Shown: positions 47,711-63,014, numbered from the whole stretch's first letter. The stretch is DNA of 63,970 nucleotides, filler included, from Phoronis australis (GCA_002633005.1; 8 parts of 8 records of this genome joined end to end with filler, not necessarily neighbours in it), one strand, 5' to 3'. The notes: a model not told the origin generated them from the letters alone. Numbers and translations are program-made.

Positions 47711-49047
47711 ATTTTATCGCTCAAATAGGACCTAGCTAAAACCTAGTCAAAGTCACGTGTTCTCACTTAAAATGCACGGCAATATCTCACGTAATCTCGC
47801 GAAGTCTTGCTTTTTAGCGAGGTCCTAGCGTTACTGAACGGGAGGCCGAATTTGGTGTCGTTTAGTCTGTAGCTGCTCTTTGTAGGTTTTTCTGTTTAGC
47901 TAGTGTGGAATGTTACCCGGTATGCAGTGTCAGTTTGGTAGATTTTGATATCTCGTTGTTCGTTGTTTTTTCAGTAAACGTATATATGTGGCACAGAATC
48001 AAGATGTTTTCTTTAATCCGGATTGCCCGGCCTGTGGTGTCGTCACACATGAGGAGAGAAACATTCGCTATGTGGAAGGAAGCATCGAACTCTATTCCAT
48101 CATAGTCTATAATCCCATGATTCCATACGCTACTTCTAGTAAGGTCCCGAAAATCCACGCGAGACTCGTCTTTCACTCGCGTAGCTTGCTTTTTAGCGCG
48201 TTTTTCACACAACACTTTTCCCGACACATCTGGGCTTGGCTGTTTGTCTGCAAGGGCGGGGCAGGATTTTGAGTTGGGGGGGGGGGGGNNNNNNNNNNNN
48301 NNNNNNNNNNNNNNNNNNNNNNNNNNNNNNNNTTAATTAATTAANNNNNNNNNNNNNNNNNNNNNNNNNNNNNNNNNNNNNNNNNNNNGTGTATCAAAGT
48401 TCAACTCAATAAGTCTATCTGTATGCGATTTGTGTATTTAAGTTCAACTCAATAAGTCTATCTGTATGTGATTTGCTGCCACGTAGATACACCTATTCCG
48501 GGTACTAAAATACTTTGTTTTGATTTCATTCGCCTGCAAAACTGCCCGCATGCTTTACGAACACTGAAAAATGAGAACGTTATTGCATTTTGAAAAATAT
48601 CGAGTGGGAATATTGGTGAATTATTAACCACTATACATCATCAAATCCATGTCAAGGTCGCATCATTTCACAGCGCGACTGAAAGTTTAGGGCCGCTGCA
48701 CTTGAACCTCGTCCACCGGAACCACAGACACGACGGGTGAGGACCCTGTCCCTGCCAGTCTTCACGAAGTCACTGATTCCCATTCAGTCTTCTTAAACTT
48801 AAAACTGTTGGTCGCCGCAGCCATGACCCGTGCCTCAGATGTTGTCCATGCTTGAGAATGAGTCGCTAGTTAGATTCAAGATTCACGATTGGCAGTGATT
48901 GGAATCGAGCTCATTTGTAAACAATGAAATCAATTTATTAAGAACTAGTCGACTTATGCACACCTTTTAAATGATTACTAAGAGGACACATATACAATAA
49001 ATCATGTATGTTACGACTCATTAGCACACAATCAGAGTAATGAACTG

Positions 49048-49115
49048 TTTGGCTCAGTGGTTTGAGGTAGGAACTCCTGTTTGGGAGACCCGAGTTTGAA
49101 TCCTGGCATTGCACA
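49048..49115 (+). repeat. tRNA-derived SINE-head-like remnant
   Basis: A box TGGCTCAGTGG and B box GAGTTTGAATCC at tRNA-like spacing. No intact cloverleaf. Similar A-box fragments at ~3920 (+), ~20225-20250 (-) and ~57760 (+). Confidence 0.5.
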
Positions 49116-51455
49116 CAGATGTCTCGTACTCCTCTGAGCTCGGTTTACCAGTGAATATGTGCAAGGGTGTCAATTAGAACCTGGATATGATGCAAAAGCG
49201 AAAAAAACAACTGTGGGAATTCTGGTTTTGGAATTGTGCACATTCGAAGTAGTGAATTTTCGAAGGTAGCGAACCTTCGCAGTAGTGGACCTTCGGAATT
49301 GAGGCATCTAACCTTGGAAATCTTTTCCATCAAGTTAGTTGCTCGTATAAAGTCTGTGAGGCTGTGCACCATTGAAACTATTGACAAGAGAAGTCTATCT
49401 CCATTGACCAAAGCTTTTCTTAGGTCTATACTTACTTTTCCCCAAAAATGTGAACGTGATTTTCGGTGTTTTCTCAGAGCAAACAAACACGATTATAGTT
49501 CGTGGGCGCACCCAAGGGGGGCTCNGGAGAATTGGGCAAAAAGGTCCACCTCAGTGAAGCAAAAAGTCCGACTAAACGAGAAGTCGGCGCGGATGGACAA
49601 TACATGGGCCTGAACCTAGTGGAGCGCTTGGAACCAGAAGCAAATACAAAATTATTACTAACTTGGTTATCAATGTAGTTTGTAGTACCAGTAGCTGCAA
49701 CAATTTTGTTGTTTTCCATCTGTATCCTATCGTTAACGGATAGGCTGGGGCTGGATCTTTTCCGCGGAGGGGGGGTTCGTTCGAAACCCTCGAACCCCCT
49801 GGCTAAGGGCCTGCCCCGACCATATTAAACACGTATTACTACTATTTTTAAGTATTTTAAGAAAAGTTTGTACACCGACGTTTGCTCATCGCATGTGATG
49901 TGTGTGTCTTTCATGTGATCTCATGCAGCACGACAATTATTTGCACATTGCTTTCCTCTTTTTATTTAAAGTGTTTGCACTTAATTTAGATACTGTTTTT
50001 AATGTTATCATTATCGTTTTCATGTAAAAAGGCCTGCTTTGCCAGATGAAATTAATTGTAGTATATTACTATTTCATATTCATGTCCTTTGAGTTGTTTA
50101 TACCATTGTTCATTACCATGTCTATTGTATGTATTTTTGTGAGGACTATTTGGAAGATAACCTTTGTGCCTTAAGATGGTGTATCTCCTACTTTTATCAT
50201 CAATAATTATTGTTTACATCGGTTAATAAAAAACGACAGTCAATTGTTCTCTTAGGTGATAAAGTCCTAGTGTTGCATTGTTGTACGCTTTTGCAAGCTC
50301 ATTTTTCAAATAGAATTAACTATAAGCATACATGTGACAGTATTTTAATACCTATAACATTTGATACAATCTTGTTGTTATAGTCTGCCCCTGTTACATA
50401 AGGTAACGCGATGAGTTCCTACAACAAGCTTGTGAAATACGTGGCACCTTCCTGGTCATCGAAACTCGCAAATACTCCCACACATAGGGTTGAGGTGAGT
50501 TCAACGATTTTCAGTTTAGAAGAATCTCTTTGCTATCTCATAGGCGGATTTAGGNCCCCCCCCCCCCCCCCTTGGCTGCCGCAAAAAATAAAACACTAAG
50601 AGCCGGCGTAGGTAGGGAAATGTTGAGTTTATTAATTAACCCCGGTAATTAAAATTATACGGATGAAAAAGATTTATATGTGTGTAGTTTTAGTGTTGAG
50701 GGGGGGCTCAAATCCAATTTCAAGTGTCAAATTCGGAACACAGCGCTTTCGTAACGAAACTATGGCTAAGTATGGGCTCTCCCTCGATATCAGGCGACCG
50801 ACAGTGGCGCTGCTCCCTACGACTCCGTTTCCGTCGTCTGCTCCACTGTGCAATGAAGAAAATTTACTTCATTTTTTAAAGAAAATGGAACCTGAGTGAC
50901 GATGAAAAAACAGAAGCTGCTGGTAAGATGTGAATTTTAATCGAAGCCTTAGTGAATCACTCAGAAACTCGCAATACTCTCTTTGCCAAACCTTATCTTA
51001 AGACGATTTCCAAAACAATCCCGTCCTTATTGCCAACACGAAAAACGTATTTAGTCTTTTTTGCATTTGAAGACTATTTTAAATACGACAAATTTGTTAA
51101 GAATCGATGGCACAAAATATAAAACGTGTAATAAGCATTACAAAAAGAAGTAGGTTTCGCGCGCAAACGCTGTGGACCATAAACAAGTAGGTCTCTTAGT
51201 ATGAGTAGTCAAGTCGTGGTGGCGTAGTGGTAACGCAAGCGTGCAGTGTTCTCGAGGTCGTGAATTCGAGGTCGTGAGTTCGAGGTTTTGAACCCTGCAG
51301 TTTATCTTGTTTGACACTTTCTCCCGTTTTTTTTTCCTTTTTTCTTGGATAATACNNNNNNNNNNNNNNNNNNNNNNNNNNNNNNNNNNNNNNNNNNNNT
51401 TAATTAATTAANNNNNNNNNNNNNNNNNNNNNNNNNNNNNNNNNNNNNNNNNNNN

Positions 51456-52096
51456 ACTGGTTAAACACAACACACAATGGTTCAATCAATAGATTATTTA
51501 GATATTTTATTATTTTCATAGATATGCCATCCTGACCACAGGTAGGTTTAGCTGGAAAAGAATTAATTACTTTTCTAATATCAATTGGAGAGATTGGTTC
51601 AAAATCAAATCTGCATGTAGCAGCGGAGTCACGATCTAAAAGACATGTGTGAGGTACTTGAAGATCGAATAGGTAGGGAGTGTGAGGCAATATTACTAAA
51701 ATAATTATTAAAATGATAAACAATCTCACCCTCGTCACAAACTATTTCATCATTTATCTTCAATCTAGTAGGATTATTCGATAAGACATTTCTATTCAGT
51801 AAATTATTAATTTCTTTCCAAGTGTCCTTGGGAGAACCAGCATGTGCCCGAAACTGATTGTGATAATAAAGTCTCTTAGCCCTTTTCAAAACCTTTTTTA
51901 GAATAATGTTATAGGTTTTTAGGTTTGTTTTTAATGAGACATAATTAATAGCACTTTGAGGGGTTGACTTNTCTATTCAGTAAATTATTAATTTCTTTCC
52001 AAGTGTCCTTGGGAGAACCAGCATGTGCCCGAAACTGATTGTGATAACAAAGTCTCTTAGCCCTTTTCAAAACTGTTTTAGAATAATGTTATAGGT
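51456..52096 (-). mobile_element. LINE ORF2 fragment (linker between endonuclease and RT)
   Basis: KRAKRLYYHNQF...KDTWKEINNLL, FNNYFSNI and FDFEPISPIDIRKVINSFPAKPTCGQDGISMKIIK..PLCVVFNQ. Cut by a gap. Confidence 0.8.
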
Positions 52097-54744
52097 AGAA
52101 GATCGATTGGCCTAGTATGGTGTACTTTATGATATCATTGGTGAGTGAGAACTAATTGATTAGCGCTTTCTGAGTAAGACTGAACACCCCCTCCCACCAA
52201 GAACCCCGGGTAACAATATGGACCAGCTGTTGAGGAAGTATTTTTATTAACTGTGTTTACTGTAACCGCTCATATGACTCGGGACATGCGTTTGGCAATG
52301 ATAGCGTTGAAATCTTGTGCAAGGGTGAAGACCCGGCGTGAGAGAGGAGTACACGAGACTACTTTCATTCAAGCTTTAAGCCTCTCCCTTAACAGGATAG
52401 GTATTTGGCGTCAGATACTAACTGCCATTAGCATGCAAAGTGAATATGAGCAGCATCACTTGACGCACGTGTTCCTTCATAACTGCATTGTCCTGCACCA
52501 GGGTTCTTCATTATATCATTTTTCAGAAAACAAGAGGTGTGGGAAGTAAAAATTATACGTAAACATTCAGTCCAACAAATAATTCACATTCTCAAAATAG
52601 TGAGAAATTCATGCTTGGTTCAAAACCTCTATTCAGTTATCATGTTCACAGTACATCAAATGCAATTCATTAAACTCATTAAGCATAATGTTCTCAAAAC
52701 ACCCAAGACATGCTTGAAAATGACAGTTATTTTTAATATCAACAAATGTACAAGCTAAATAGTTTTGACATTGTTAAAAGAATTGTGAAAAGTAATTTAC
52801 CAACGGTGCAAAATATCGCACCACCTGTACCTACACCGAGAAATGTTTCACCATGTATTTACATCGGCCAATATTATTTGCCCTGAACTTAATTAAAACC
52901 ATTAACCACGCTTTCCACAACATAATAAAAAGCAGCAACTATATATTTTATGAAATTGGCATCAATCACGAAATTTGTCAGCGTTAATTATGAGGAAATT
53001 TAAGCACGTATGCTTGTTTAGTGTACCGGTGTTTGATTTAATATTTCATTAAAACATTCGATACTAAAAGAACTAGTCGTTACATTAAGGTGCATGTGGA
53101 TGTAGAAAAGCAGCACGAAGTCGAAAATTTAATCTTCGTGGAATTTCCTTCAGTATCAGTTGAATTTGTAAAAGCAGCATACGAGATCAGTTCTAAGTTA
53201 ATGTTTATTTGATTTGTCTATTGTTAACACTTCTCTTTCTTAAGTGGCACACAATCCCATTTCCTGTACATGCGTATACATGTATATTGTTATTGTAATT
53301 GATATGTGTATACATATATAGTTGCTACATACATGTTACATATAGCACCTGGTGATAACTGGTTATTATAGGAGATTCGTGATATGTAAAAGTATTTGAG
53401 CGAGGGTTATTCATGTCTAGCACGAATACCCAAGTGACTTTGAAAGTGCACAATCGCCAAACATATCGGTGATGAGCGAGGCGGCGACAATGTGTCGCTA
53501 AAGGCACAAGACGCAATTGAAATACCCGGCTTGCAACATCTTAATTTCCAAATCTCGTGCGGCTACATGTAATAAACGAGATTAGTAGCATATTCGATAA
53601 ATAACCCACCCCTGGCCAATAATCCACGTTAACTTGACTTGACAGTGATAACAATAACACACAAGCAGTATGAATTTTCATTACCACAGCAATATATCTT
53701 CCTTGGAATTTCATAGATGTCGAGTCATGTTTTGCACTGTAAAGTGTATTCAGTACTTTTCTTTGTTTTTCAACTTATTTTCTTCATTAGTTTTCAACTT
53801 GATCAAAGTATAGAGTGAAGCAACGTCAACTGGTTTACAATTTAAGTCTTTCGTTGTTTAGAGCACTATAGTAGTACGTTGATTTGGCGCTATAAATACA
53901 TCTTTCTTTATTCCACTGCAGTAGCTTATGTACCGCAGGCTTTAATCAATCTGCTTACGAAGTAGATTTTAGCAGGTAATAACTGTACTTATCAGTTCAT
54001 GGCCTGATGTGGAAAATTAGTTGTATCATATCATGATATTTGACAATTTTTTATCACACGCATGTTTAAACACGTACATGTATGTGTGATAAATATATTA
54101 ATCAATGACTTAAACTTGTTGCAACAATTAACTAACACCACCAAAATTACGAAAATTCATTCAAGGACCATTGTGCCGTAGTAGCAGCATCGGAAGAGGG
54201 CTACAGAGGGGGGAATAGTTGAAAACAGGAGAAGGGGGTCATTTTAATCAGAATAAGTCAAAATGAAGAAGAAAAATCACTTACTAGGTCCATCGTAGCA
54301 GGTAGTACCTATGACGGTAGTGAGCTCGATCAGTGATGTTTAATCGGAAAGTTCCCAAATACCGATCAGCGTTTAGTTTCTATTTGTGCCACTTCTCGAG
54401 CACTGATGAATTTGTCAGCCTACAGCAATCGTGGTAATCAGCAGCTTTGCTCAGGTTTGCAGGAGTTGAACGGTTTTCACTGAGCTTCACCTGGACGTGT
54501 GCACGTTACTTTACTTGTCGGCTTTCTTCCAATCAGTCAAAAAATCTATGAACAAAATGAAGAGCTGTGAGTCGATTAACCAATCACAAGAGAAACACAC
54601 GAGCAAAGAAACCTTTACTCTGTTGATCTGTCACCTCTACTGAAAAGAAAGTCGCCCTCAGAGAAATGAAACGCAATACCTATCACCATATACACAAAAC
54701 CATCCCTGCCCAATGGCAATGCCCGACATCGGATCACACAGCAT

Positions 54745-56355
54745 ACTAAAAGTAAGAGTCACGAAAATTCTGTGGCCAAAAATTGATTATTTTGGACTTG
54801 ACCTTTGCTCCGAATCTAATTGCGTTCAAACTCCACATGTAGGTGAAGCGGGAAAATACTACTATTTTCATGACCTTTCCACTTATTGACCTCTTTCGGC
54901 GCATTATGAACACCGATGAGGGAATAATTGTAAACTGGATTTAAAGTCAGGTTAATGCTAAGAATCACAGATGTTTTACTTTAAGCACTTCAGAATACAA
55001 GATGAATGAATTGGTCAAATTTTCAGAAGAAAAATGCACCAAATGACCTGAAAATTTAGAATTCACGCTATATCGAATTTAATAAACAGACATGTAATTT
55101 TGAAGTGTCTAGCTCAAAATTTTACTTTGCACTCGATGACCTTTGACCTATTTTTATGACTGGTTAGGCCTACTGCGTAGTAAAGTAGGGTATTGATGTT
55201 GACTCACCCCAGTATTGTCAAATTGAAAAGAATTCCTTGAAAAGCGTGAGATATAACATTTTGAACGTTAGATGACCTTTGCACTAATTGACCCTATCCT
55301 GTGCATTATAAGAGTTTTTAGGAGAATTATTGCAAAGCCCATGAAAAATGTGTTTAATGCTGAGAATCACAGTTGTCTAACAGTTGACACATCAGAATAC
55401 TTGGTGAAAAAAAGGTCAAATTTTCAGAGGAAAAATTCCCCTAATGACCCCGTGTATCCACTAAATGACCTGAAACTTTGTATTCCGAATTGAATTACCA
55501 GTGCCAATCCGACCTGTGAATTTGAAGTATCTATCTCAAAATCCTAAATTGCACCTACTGACGTTTGACCTGATTAACCTGATTGGATGACCCGATTACT
55601 TGGAAAAGTATTTTTTGAATTGCCTTATTGACCTGTGTACCGAATTTGAAAAGAAGAGCTTTTAAAATAAAGAAGTAGCATTTTGAAAATTACATGACCT
55701 TTGCACCAAATGACCTCTTCCGATGCATTATGGAATATGAATATATAATTAATCAAAATTTATACACTGCCTAAAGTCAGTGAGGGAGTGATTAAGAGTT
55801 GAATTTGGTTGGAAGAAGAATAGGAAGAAGAATGGGATCTAGCTCAAAATTTTAGTTTGCACTCAATGACTTTTGACACATTTTTTGTGATTGGACGGCC
55901 CTATTTATTAGTAATGTAAGGTATTTGATTGGCATGTTGGTATAGACAAATGTGCTGGAATTGAAGAGATTGTCTTGAAAATGCAGGAGAAATAACTTTT
56001 CAAAAGTAAATGACCTTTGCACTAATTGACCCTATCCAGTGCATTACAAGCCCTTTTAGTAGAACTATTGCGAAGTCTGTGAAAAGTATATTTAATGCTG
56101 AGTATTACAGTTGTTTCAATGTTGACATAACAGAATACTTGCTGAATGAAAAAGACAAATGTTCACAAGAAAAATGCACCTAATGACCCTATGGTTGAAC
56201 TAAATGATCTGAAACTTTGGATTTGTAATTGAATAAGAATAAAATTGACGAAAACTTAAGAACAACAGTACTCTGCGCTTACACGCGCAGAGAAATAAAC
56301 TTGAAGAAAACCCAAGAAAAACAGTACTCTGCGCTTGCACGCGCAGAATAATTAA
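54745..56355. mobile_element. HINE-like element with internal TGACCTTTG satellite-type repeats and duplicated terminal hairpin
   Basis: Recurrent tgacctttg/attgacc motifs. Internal duplications (55270-55490 vs 56005-56235). Terminal hairpin ctctgcgc-ttacac-gcgcagag occurs twice (56271-56292, 56327-56347). Confidence 0.6.
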
Positions 56356-59300
56356 ATAAGCAATGATACATGTAGATGGCTCTGTTCCATGATCAACTGC
56401 AATGATCAGCTGAGCGTCGTGCTTTCATAATTTTTCGGCTATTTAAGCTCAACATCTATCTCCAGACGGTGGGCCCACCACAGCTTGTCGATGCAGTTGC
56501 GTTGCAGTTGACAATCAAGTTCTGGCTAGATTTTAATATCTAACGGACACGCACTTCGGCATAATCCATGTGCTTCTCTCCACAGCCTTCTGTCCACACA
56601 CCCAGGCTACCTTCCTAGAATGGCTCGCACCAGCGACTTTCAGGAACCTCCATAAAGATGATGACGGAAAATCTTGACATAACAGCTCAAACAGAATCTT
56701 TTCGCAGCTGTGACCTTTCCTCTGGAATTGTCTTGCTAGTGCTGTATACCGTAACAGCTTACGTTAGTGGGCTTTAAATGCAACCGTTAATTCACCAAGT
56801 ACATCTACAAGATGTTTTGAGGACAGATGCTTTCTTGATCATGCATATTATCTTGGATGCAAAATGAAGAATCAAATCATAATGTCAACTACACATTGAT
56901 TTTCTTCTTAAATTGTTATTGTTGAGCTTAAGTTAACCTATGTTTAATTCGTGGGCGTCTCTTTGGTGAAACTGTCCATCACTGTAGCGAAAATATTCCA
57001 CTGACACAACTTAATGTTGTTTTGAAATTGCGATAATTTGGACATGCCCAAATTGACAGAAGCAAAGCCAGTTTGGGGAAATATGCTGTGAAATTTGCTT
57101 AATATTTGTTACGTTATTTATATTCCGAAGTATTATCAAAAACCTCACAACCAGTACAGCTACTGAGGACTTGATATTTCAAAAACAAATAACAAACGAA
57201 TGCAACGCTCAACTCTTACATAAGTGCATGTAATTCAAAGAATTGACAGCAAAAAACCAGGTGAACAATGGTCAACTAAAGCGAACAAGACAAATTGGTA
57301 TACTAACCAAATTATTCGATAAAACATACAGTACAAGACATTGAAATAAAAATAAAATTAAATCACAATATTCCGCTGATTGTCGACTCTGCTAGCATAC
57401 CTAGTTATAGATTTCTCAACAGACAATCACGTCGATCACGCCCAAATTTCTGACCAACATGCAAACTAGTGTAAGTTTATAAAATAGCACAATGCTACAT
57501 ATGTAGTTTACACTCCTGAGAAGTCTACGTGTGTCTGTAACAACAGGTAAAACTTAAGAGTCGTGCGTAACTGACAAGCATACATGTACGCGTACTCCAC
57601 CCTGCCTCTCGGGGGACGGACAGACTCGAGTGTTGCTACCGTTGAAAGAAGATAGCATATATATAAATGTAGGCACATTAAAGTTATGTTTTGGTTTAGT
57701 GTTTCTTGTATCCTAGTTTACTTTAAAAGCATTGCCACTTTGACGTTAAATCTGTCCTTGTTGGACTCAGTGGTAAGTGTAGTGACACGTGACTATGTCA
57801 AGGACCTTGGTCCTTCCCACTAGTGCTATCAGAGGTCAGATATTCAGGTTCGTGCGATTAGCGACTGGTACAATTTACAAGTGTACGTGTAGTTTCATAC
57901 TTGATGAAATTTATAGACGTGTTGCACAACAATTAAGTTGTATAAGCTGGTTACACGGAGTAAATTCTACATAAACAAGGTATACAAAACTAAGCTAAAT
58001 TAAGTTTTATGTTCTCATGTGACTGTGAAATTCTGAATACGATTTGCAGCTTTTTTAGCCTTTTGGCCCCAGGTCGTATAATGCTCGTCTCCTCCAAAGA
58101 CCTAGGCTTGTAGATTACACGTTATCAGTGACGCCAGGTCTGCTGGTATTCAATTCTAGTGCCTAATACAACGAATACGGATACAGCTGTCTCACATGCC
58201 TTAACACATGTAGTCCTACAATGACACCTGTAGTTCAGAATAGTCAACAGCGCATATTTTCCTACCATGATCTGTAAATTACCCCTCAGTTCAAAGACAA
58301 CTATGACGCCTGATATGATTTCAGACAAAAATTAATTGAATTAAATAAACCATGGGAAAATCCCAGTTCATGACGCAGTCTTCATAACTGAGGCTTCATA
58401 AAGATGTCAACGAACCACAATATATTACAACCCGTTTTAATTTTCATAAACAAAAGAACAATACTGTTTCAAACAGAAAGTTAGAATAACATTAGACTGG
58501 AAAGGGAATAAACGAAACTAGCATACAACAGAATCCTAAGCCAGAATCAGGGTCAAGACGAGAACTAGCATTACGTTTCAGTTTTGCAAAAGGCACAATT
58601 TGACGTTACTTACAGATCCTGGGCTCTTTCAATTGACGGAATCGACAATGTTTCGTTTAATGGAAAAATACACTCTTCAGACCACCTAAATGGGTTGCCA
58701 TCCTAGCAGGTACATGTACACTGTAGTTGATGCGACTATAATGGTTGCCCACTCGGTGAGGGCTTTTGGGATTGAAGTGTGGGAAAATCCCGTACACATG
58801 CACGCACCCAAGGTGCTCGGGGGGTTCCAAGCAGACCTCCCTCCCCTCATGTAGCGAACTGGGCAAAAAGACCCGCCTCAGAGAAACAAAAATTCCCAAA
58901 AAGTAGCAAACGAGACAAAATTCGGCGTATGCACATTTCATAACTCTGAACGTACCCCGTGAATCTTGGTAACAGTTCCACTTTCTCAAAAGTCAAGCCC
59001 ACCAACTCACCCCTCTTGTTTAGGTTGGGTGCGCGCATTAGACAACAAGCTTCGTTTAATTTGTGTTTATGCCGCAAAATGTTCACACCTACAGTGTCCT
59101 CCAGAGTTTTACTGTTTTGTAGGCGCTGAACAATTCTCGTTGGATTTTTGCCTGGTAAATCACACAGTGCTTTATTGTTCCTTTTGATAAAGCCTGGCTG
59201 AATTACGGTCGGCTGGAAACAAAACTCACACTTCCGTTCCCCACCCTACTGCAAACCACAAACTATCCAGCCCAGCTGCACATTGCACACATTATCCGAA

Positions 59301-62300
59301 GTGAAGCTTTCCTTCAACTCTGGTGAACATCTTTAAATAAAATATAGGGTTATGTGTCAGTTGACGTCACACATACTACATGTACAGACTATCCGGCATG
59401 GTGCTTTTACTCTTTCATTTTTACCGACAATTGTCACGCTTCGACCAATGTCCACAAATCCCCTGCCGTGTTTGACACGAGCAAACACTGTATATTGAAT
59501 TGCTCAAGGGTGCTGCAATCCAAAAAAGGGAACGTGTATAAAACATTTTTGGGATTCGTTTCAAAAGGATTGGGCCGGCCAATTTTACGGTTTGCGCTGT
59601 GTAATAGTGATTTAGAACCTGTTTTTTTTTTTAAAAGTTAGTACTATGAGCATGATTTCACACAATAGTTATATTTTTATGGGGACTAACTTCAGCTACA
59701 ATTCCTTTAGACTTCATTATTTTGTCATCGTTAGACGTCACCGACTGGTAATGTCAGGCCGGAAGTAGTTTGCACTGGTCTGTGTATTTTTAATTGATAC
59801 GCTGAAGTGAACTTTATAGTACACCTGACACTACAATAATAGTGTTTGATGCAACGTAGCATGGATAGATTCACAAGGTTTAACAATTAGACATCGTACA
59901 CTCTGAAACCCTATAGTCGTCCGCCTAAGCATAAAACCGGCTTATTGTCTTACTCACCCAATTATTCCACTTCAAAGTTATGATCTGAATAGGACTTGAT
60001 TTAACTCTCACAAATATATAGTATTCGTTGATTCAAACGTTTTCTTTTATTTAAGCCGAGTTGTTCAACTGTGCATTGCTTTTCGGCAGCCATTTTATAA
60101 TGACACCTATGGTCGTCATGTGCTGCCGCCTTTTGACAGGACAGAAAACCACACAGAAAAAGGCCAAGCAAATAGTGTAAAGTGGTTTACAGCAAGTCTA
60201 CTTCAACCACAAACTGTTTTACTGGTATGATATCGATTTTTAAATCGATTAAAATTGATTTAGAATTTCAGTTCTGGAAAATAAATAATTGTTTTATTCC
60301 AGGCAGACCTTACTTATTTTGTATTTGTGACCTCTTTATTTGACTTTTTGCCCTGGTTGTTCTTAACATCACTTATCTCTGCTGTCCTTCTTTTTCTTTT
60401 CAGTTTCTCTTCATTCTCTGTTAACACCTTGTCAGCCAAAACAGAACTGTAAGCCTTTGAGACTTGGTAGGCGGAAGTTGATCATTGAACCTCGATACAA
60501 TTATTCTAATAAATTACCCATAATTGTATTGTTTGATTTTTTCTCATCTTTAACAGGCTTCTGCATTCATAAATAAATAAATAAATACCCAAGTTGCATT
60601 TGAATTTTATTGCTCAATCTCTTCTTTTATTTTTGATTATATCATGCTGTGTTGTATGTAACAAATGCAATATAGTGAAATAAAGTCAATGTTTTACTTT
60701 ATTGGTGGCCATTCTCTATCAATTCAAGTATTTTAATTTTCTTCAAATAAATTCAAAATGCTTTAACCAAAATTTTCAACATAAATGTCGAGTTCAGTAC
60801 TGTGTTTTGCAATAAAAAAACAAGTGAACAATATTTTGATGACCAAGGCGTGGGCCGAAACTGTTAAGCACCCAGCGTGTTCCATTTGTCTGCCGCGTTT
60901 TTCCTTTGGCCTAACAGATGTCGGTTAGTGCCTGGGACAAATAGATACATTGCATAAACAATCCCTGCGTTGCTTTTTGTTCCGTCTGAAGAAAATTTAA
61001 TTTCGAAAATATCTTCTGAAAATGAACAAAAAAGTGCATTAGTAAAATCAACAAGTTTTTAAGTGGTCTCCAAAAAACAGTCGGTAAATGCATTAATTTT
61101 AGTCTCAGTTCTTCCACGCGTGTTTCTCCCGAGAGGTTAGTACCTAACGTGCAGACGAGCGTTCCAAATTGGAACGCTAAGTCCCGCGTGGCAGCGCTGC
61201 ACGCGAAACAAGATGTCGGACGACCTTTGGAGACTGACGACGAGAGGTAATCGGACTATATTTCAGACAACGCTTCAGTCTTTGTTAGGAGATGTTCCAA
61301 TAAAATATCTCGGACAATTCTTTTATTTAAACTTACATGTGTGTGTCTCGTTTGCTTTATTTACTCAAAAAAATGAACCCCGGCGTAATGTTGTGCTACA
61401 ATATTGACATTCTGCTAATGCATTACAACGTTTGTTCAACCACACCTGCTGTGATTTCTAGCAACACGATACTCCAGGCACGTAGCCAGCATTGCTCAGG
61501 GGGTGGTTCGAATTCTTGGAAAGGTGGACCTTTGATATTTTGCAAAGATCGACACTGTAGAGTTTTCCGTAAGACCCTTGGCGCAGCTTAATTAGGTCGA
61601 AAGGAAATCTGCATACACGATGATGACTCTCAACTCTATGTTTCTGAGATGAGGCGAAATGAGGATGTCGTGACGGTTGCTCGTAAAGAATGGGACTTAA
61701 ATTCCTGTAGCATTAAGAGGCATTATCTGAGAAAACCTGCAAAATTGCAAAATGTTGGAGGAGGCACTTTCATCAATTAAGTTGATACTTTGCACACCAA
61801 TTTGTACTCACATATGAATAACTAAATCACGTCTGTTTTTTATCTGGAGTCATTCTACGAAAAAATAATAAATACCTTCCGTCGTGGTTTTTTCTACAGA
61901 AAACAAGGAAATGAAACATAAACAAATGTAAAGAAATGAGAACAAGGTAACAAAGACACGGCTGAAGATTGCTGTCTACACCTCTTATTAATAAAACTTA
62001 AATGGTAATTTAAAACAATGGCTTGACATTATTTCATTCGCGAACACCATTCCAAAAATTCTGGATCTGCCACTGGTATTGAAAATCCCGGAATACCAAT
62101 TCAATCCGACAACATCGGACTTGTTACAGTAAATCTTCTTTACAAAGAACAAACACAACATTGAAGGCACCATGGTATACTCGTCCAGACGTTTATCTTT
62201 CACTAAGTAACAATGTTTCTCTGACTTTAAATGTGGTACAAGTACATAGTCTGTAATTTCATGAACACAAAATCCCACGCAAACACGGTATACTTTATCT

Positions 62301-62443
62301 ATACAGCCAACAGCATCATGCGAGCATAAGGGATGACAAAAAANNNNNNNNNNNNNNNNNNNNNNNNNNNNNNNNNNNNNNNNNNNNTTAATTAATTAAN
62401 NNNNNNNNNNNNNNNNNNNNNNNNNNNNNNNNNNNNNNNNNNN

Positions 62444-63014
62444 GCCTCCTAGTGGCAGTTTTGTTTTTTTGCACCCATGGCTGTATCTCCCAAACCGTTT
62501 GCAGGATCTTTACTAAATTTAGCAAGTGTATTTATGTGATGTTGACAACGGACGATGACGACTTTAGGATGATTCTGACTACCGGTATGTCTCTAGTGGC
62601 AATTTTAGTATTTGCCTCTAGTGGCAATTTTGGTATTTTACATTGACCTCTGTATTTTCATAGGTCTTCAGGTGTATACTTTGTGTTACTTCGTGACTAT
62701 GAAGGAAAAGTTCCAAGTAGAAATTTGTTTCTGGCATTCTAATGCTGTGCTCGTATGTTGGTAAATTTGTTTTTAATTCTTTCTGTGGTGCTTTAAGCAA
62801 CTGGTGTATAGGATGTGCTTGTATTATGAAGATTACTCACATTTTGCCCCTAGCCTATTGAGGAGACAATGACCATGCCTTTCCATTTTGCAAAGTACAA
62901 CATACTACATATATGCCCTCTACTGGCCACTTTATGGTACCAATAAACAACCCTAGAAGGATTCTGTATGCAGTGCAATTGTGGGCGCATTTCAACGCTC
63001 TGCGTTGCTCTTGT
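62444..63014 (+). mobile_element. 3' part of a second copy of the 18314-19599 HINE-like family, in a calreticulin intron
   Basis: Shares tagtggcagtttt, gcaggatctttactaaatttagcaagtgtatttat and the 3' end gtgggcgcatttcaacgctctgcgttgctcttgt. Confidence 0.8.

Noticed and set aside
49048-49115. Functional tRNA gene
   Set aside because: A and B boxes are present but no convincing acceptor or anticodon stems; treated as SINE-like.
51791-52096. ~125-bp direct duplication within the LINE fragment
   Set aside because: The second copy starts at a single N (51971), so it is most likely a contig-overlap or haplotype artefact.
53615-61190. ER-stress element for calreticulin (CCAAT..CCACG at ~53616; ATTGG..CGTGG at ~61168)
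   Set aside because: Spacing and orientation do not fit ERSE (CCAAT-N9-CCACG) or ERSE-II, and the first exon has not been located.
4020-62443. Regularly recurring TTAATTAATTAA palindrome
   Set aside because: Always centred in a 100-bp N block. It is an assembly linker, not biology, and adjacency across these gaps is not guaranteed.
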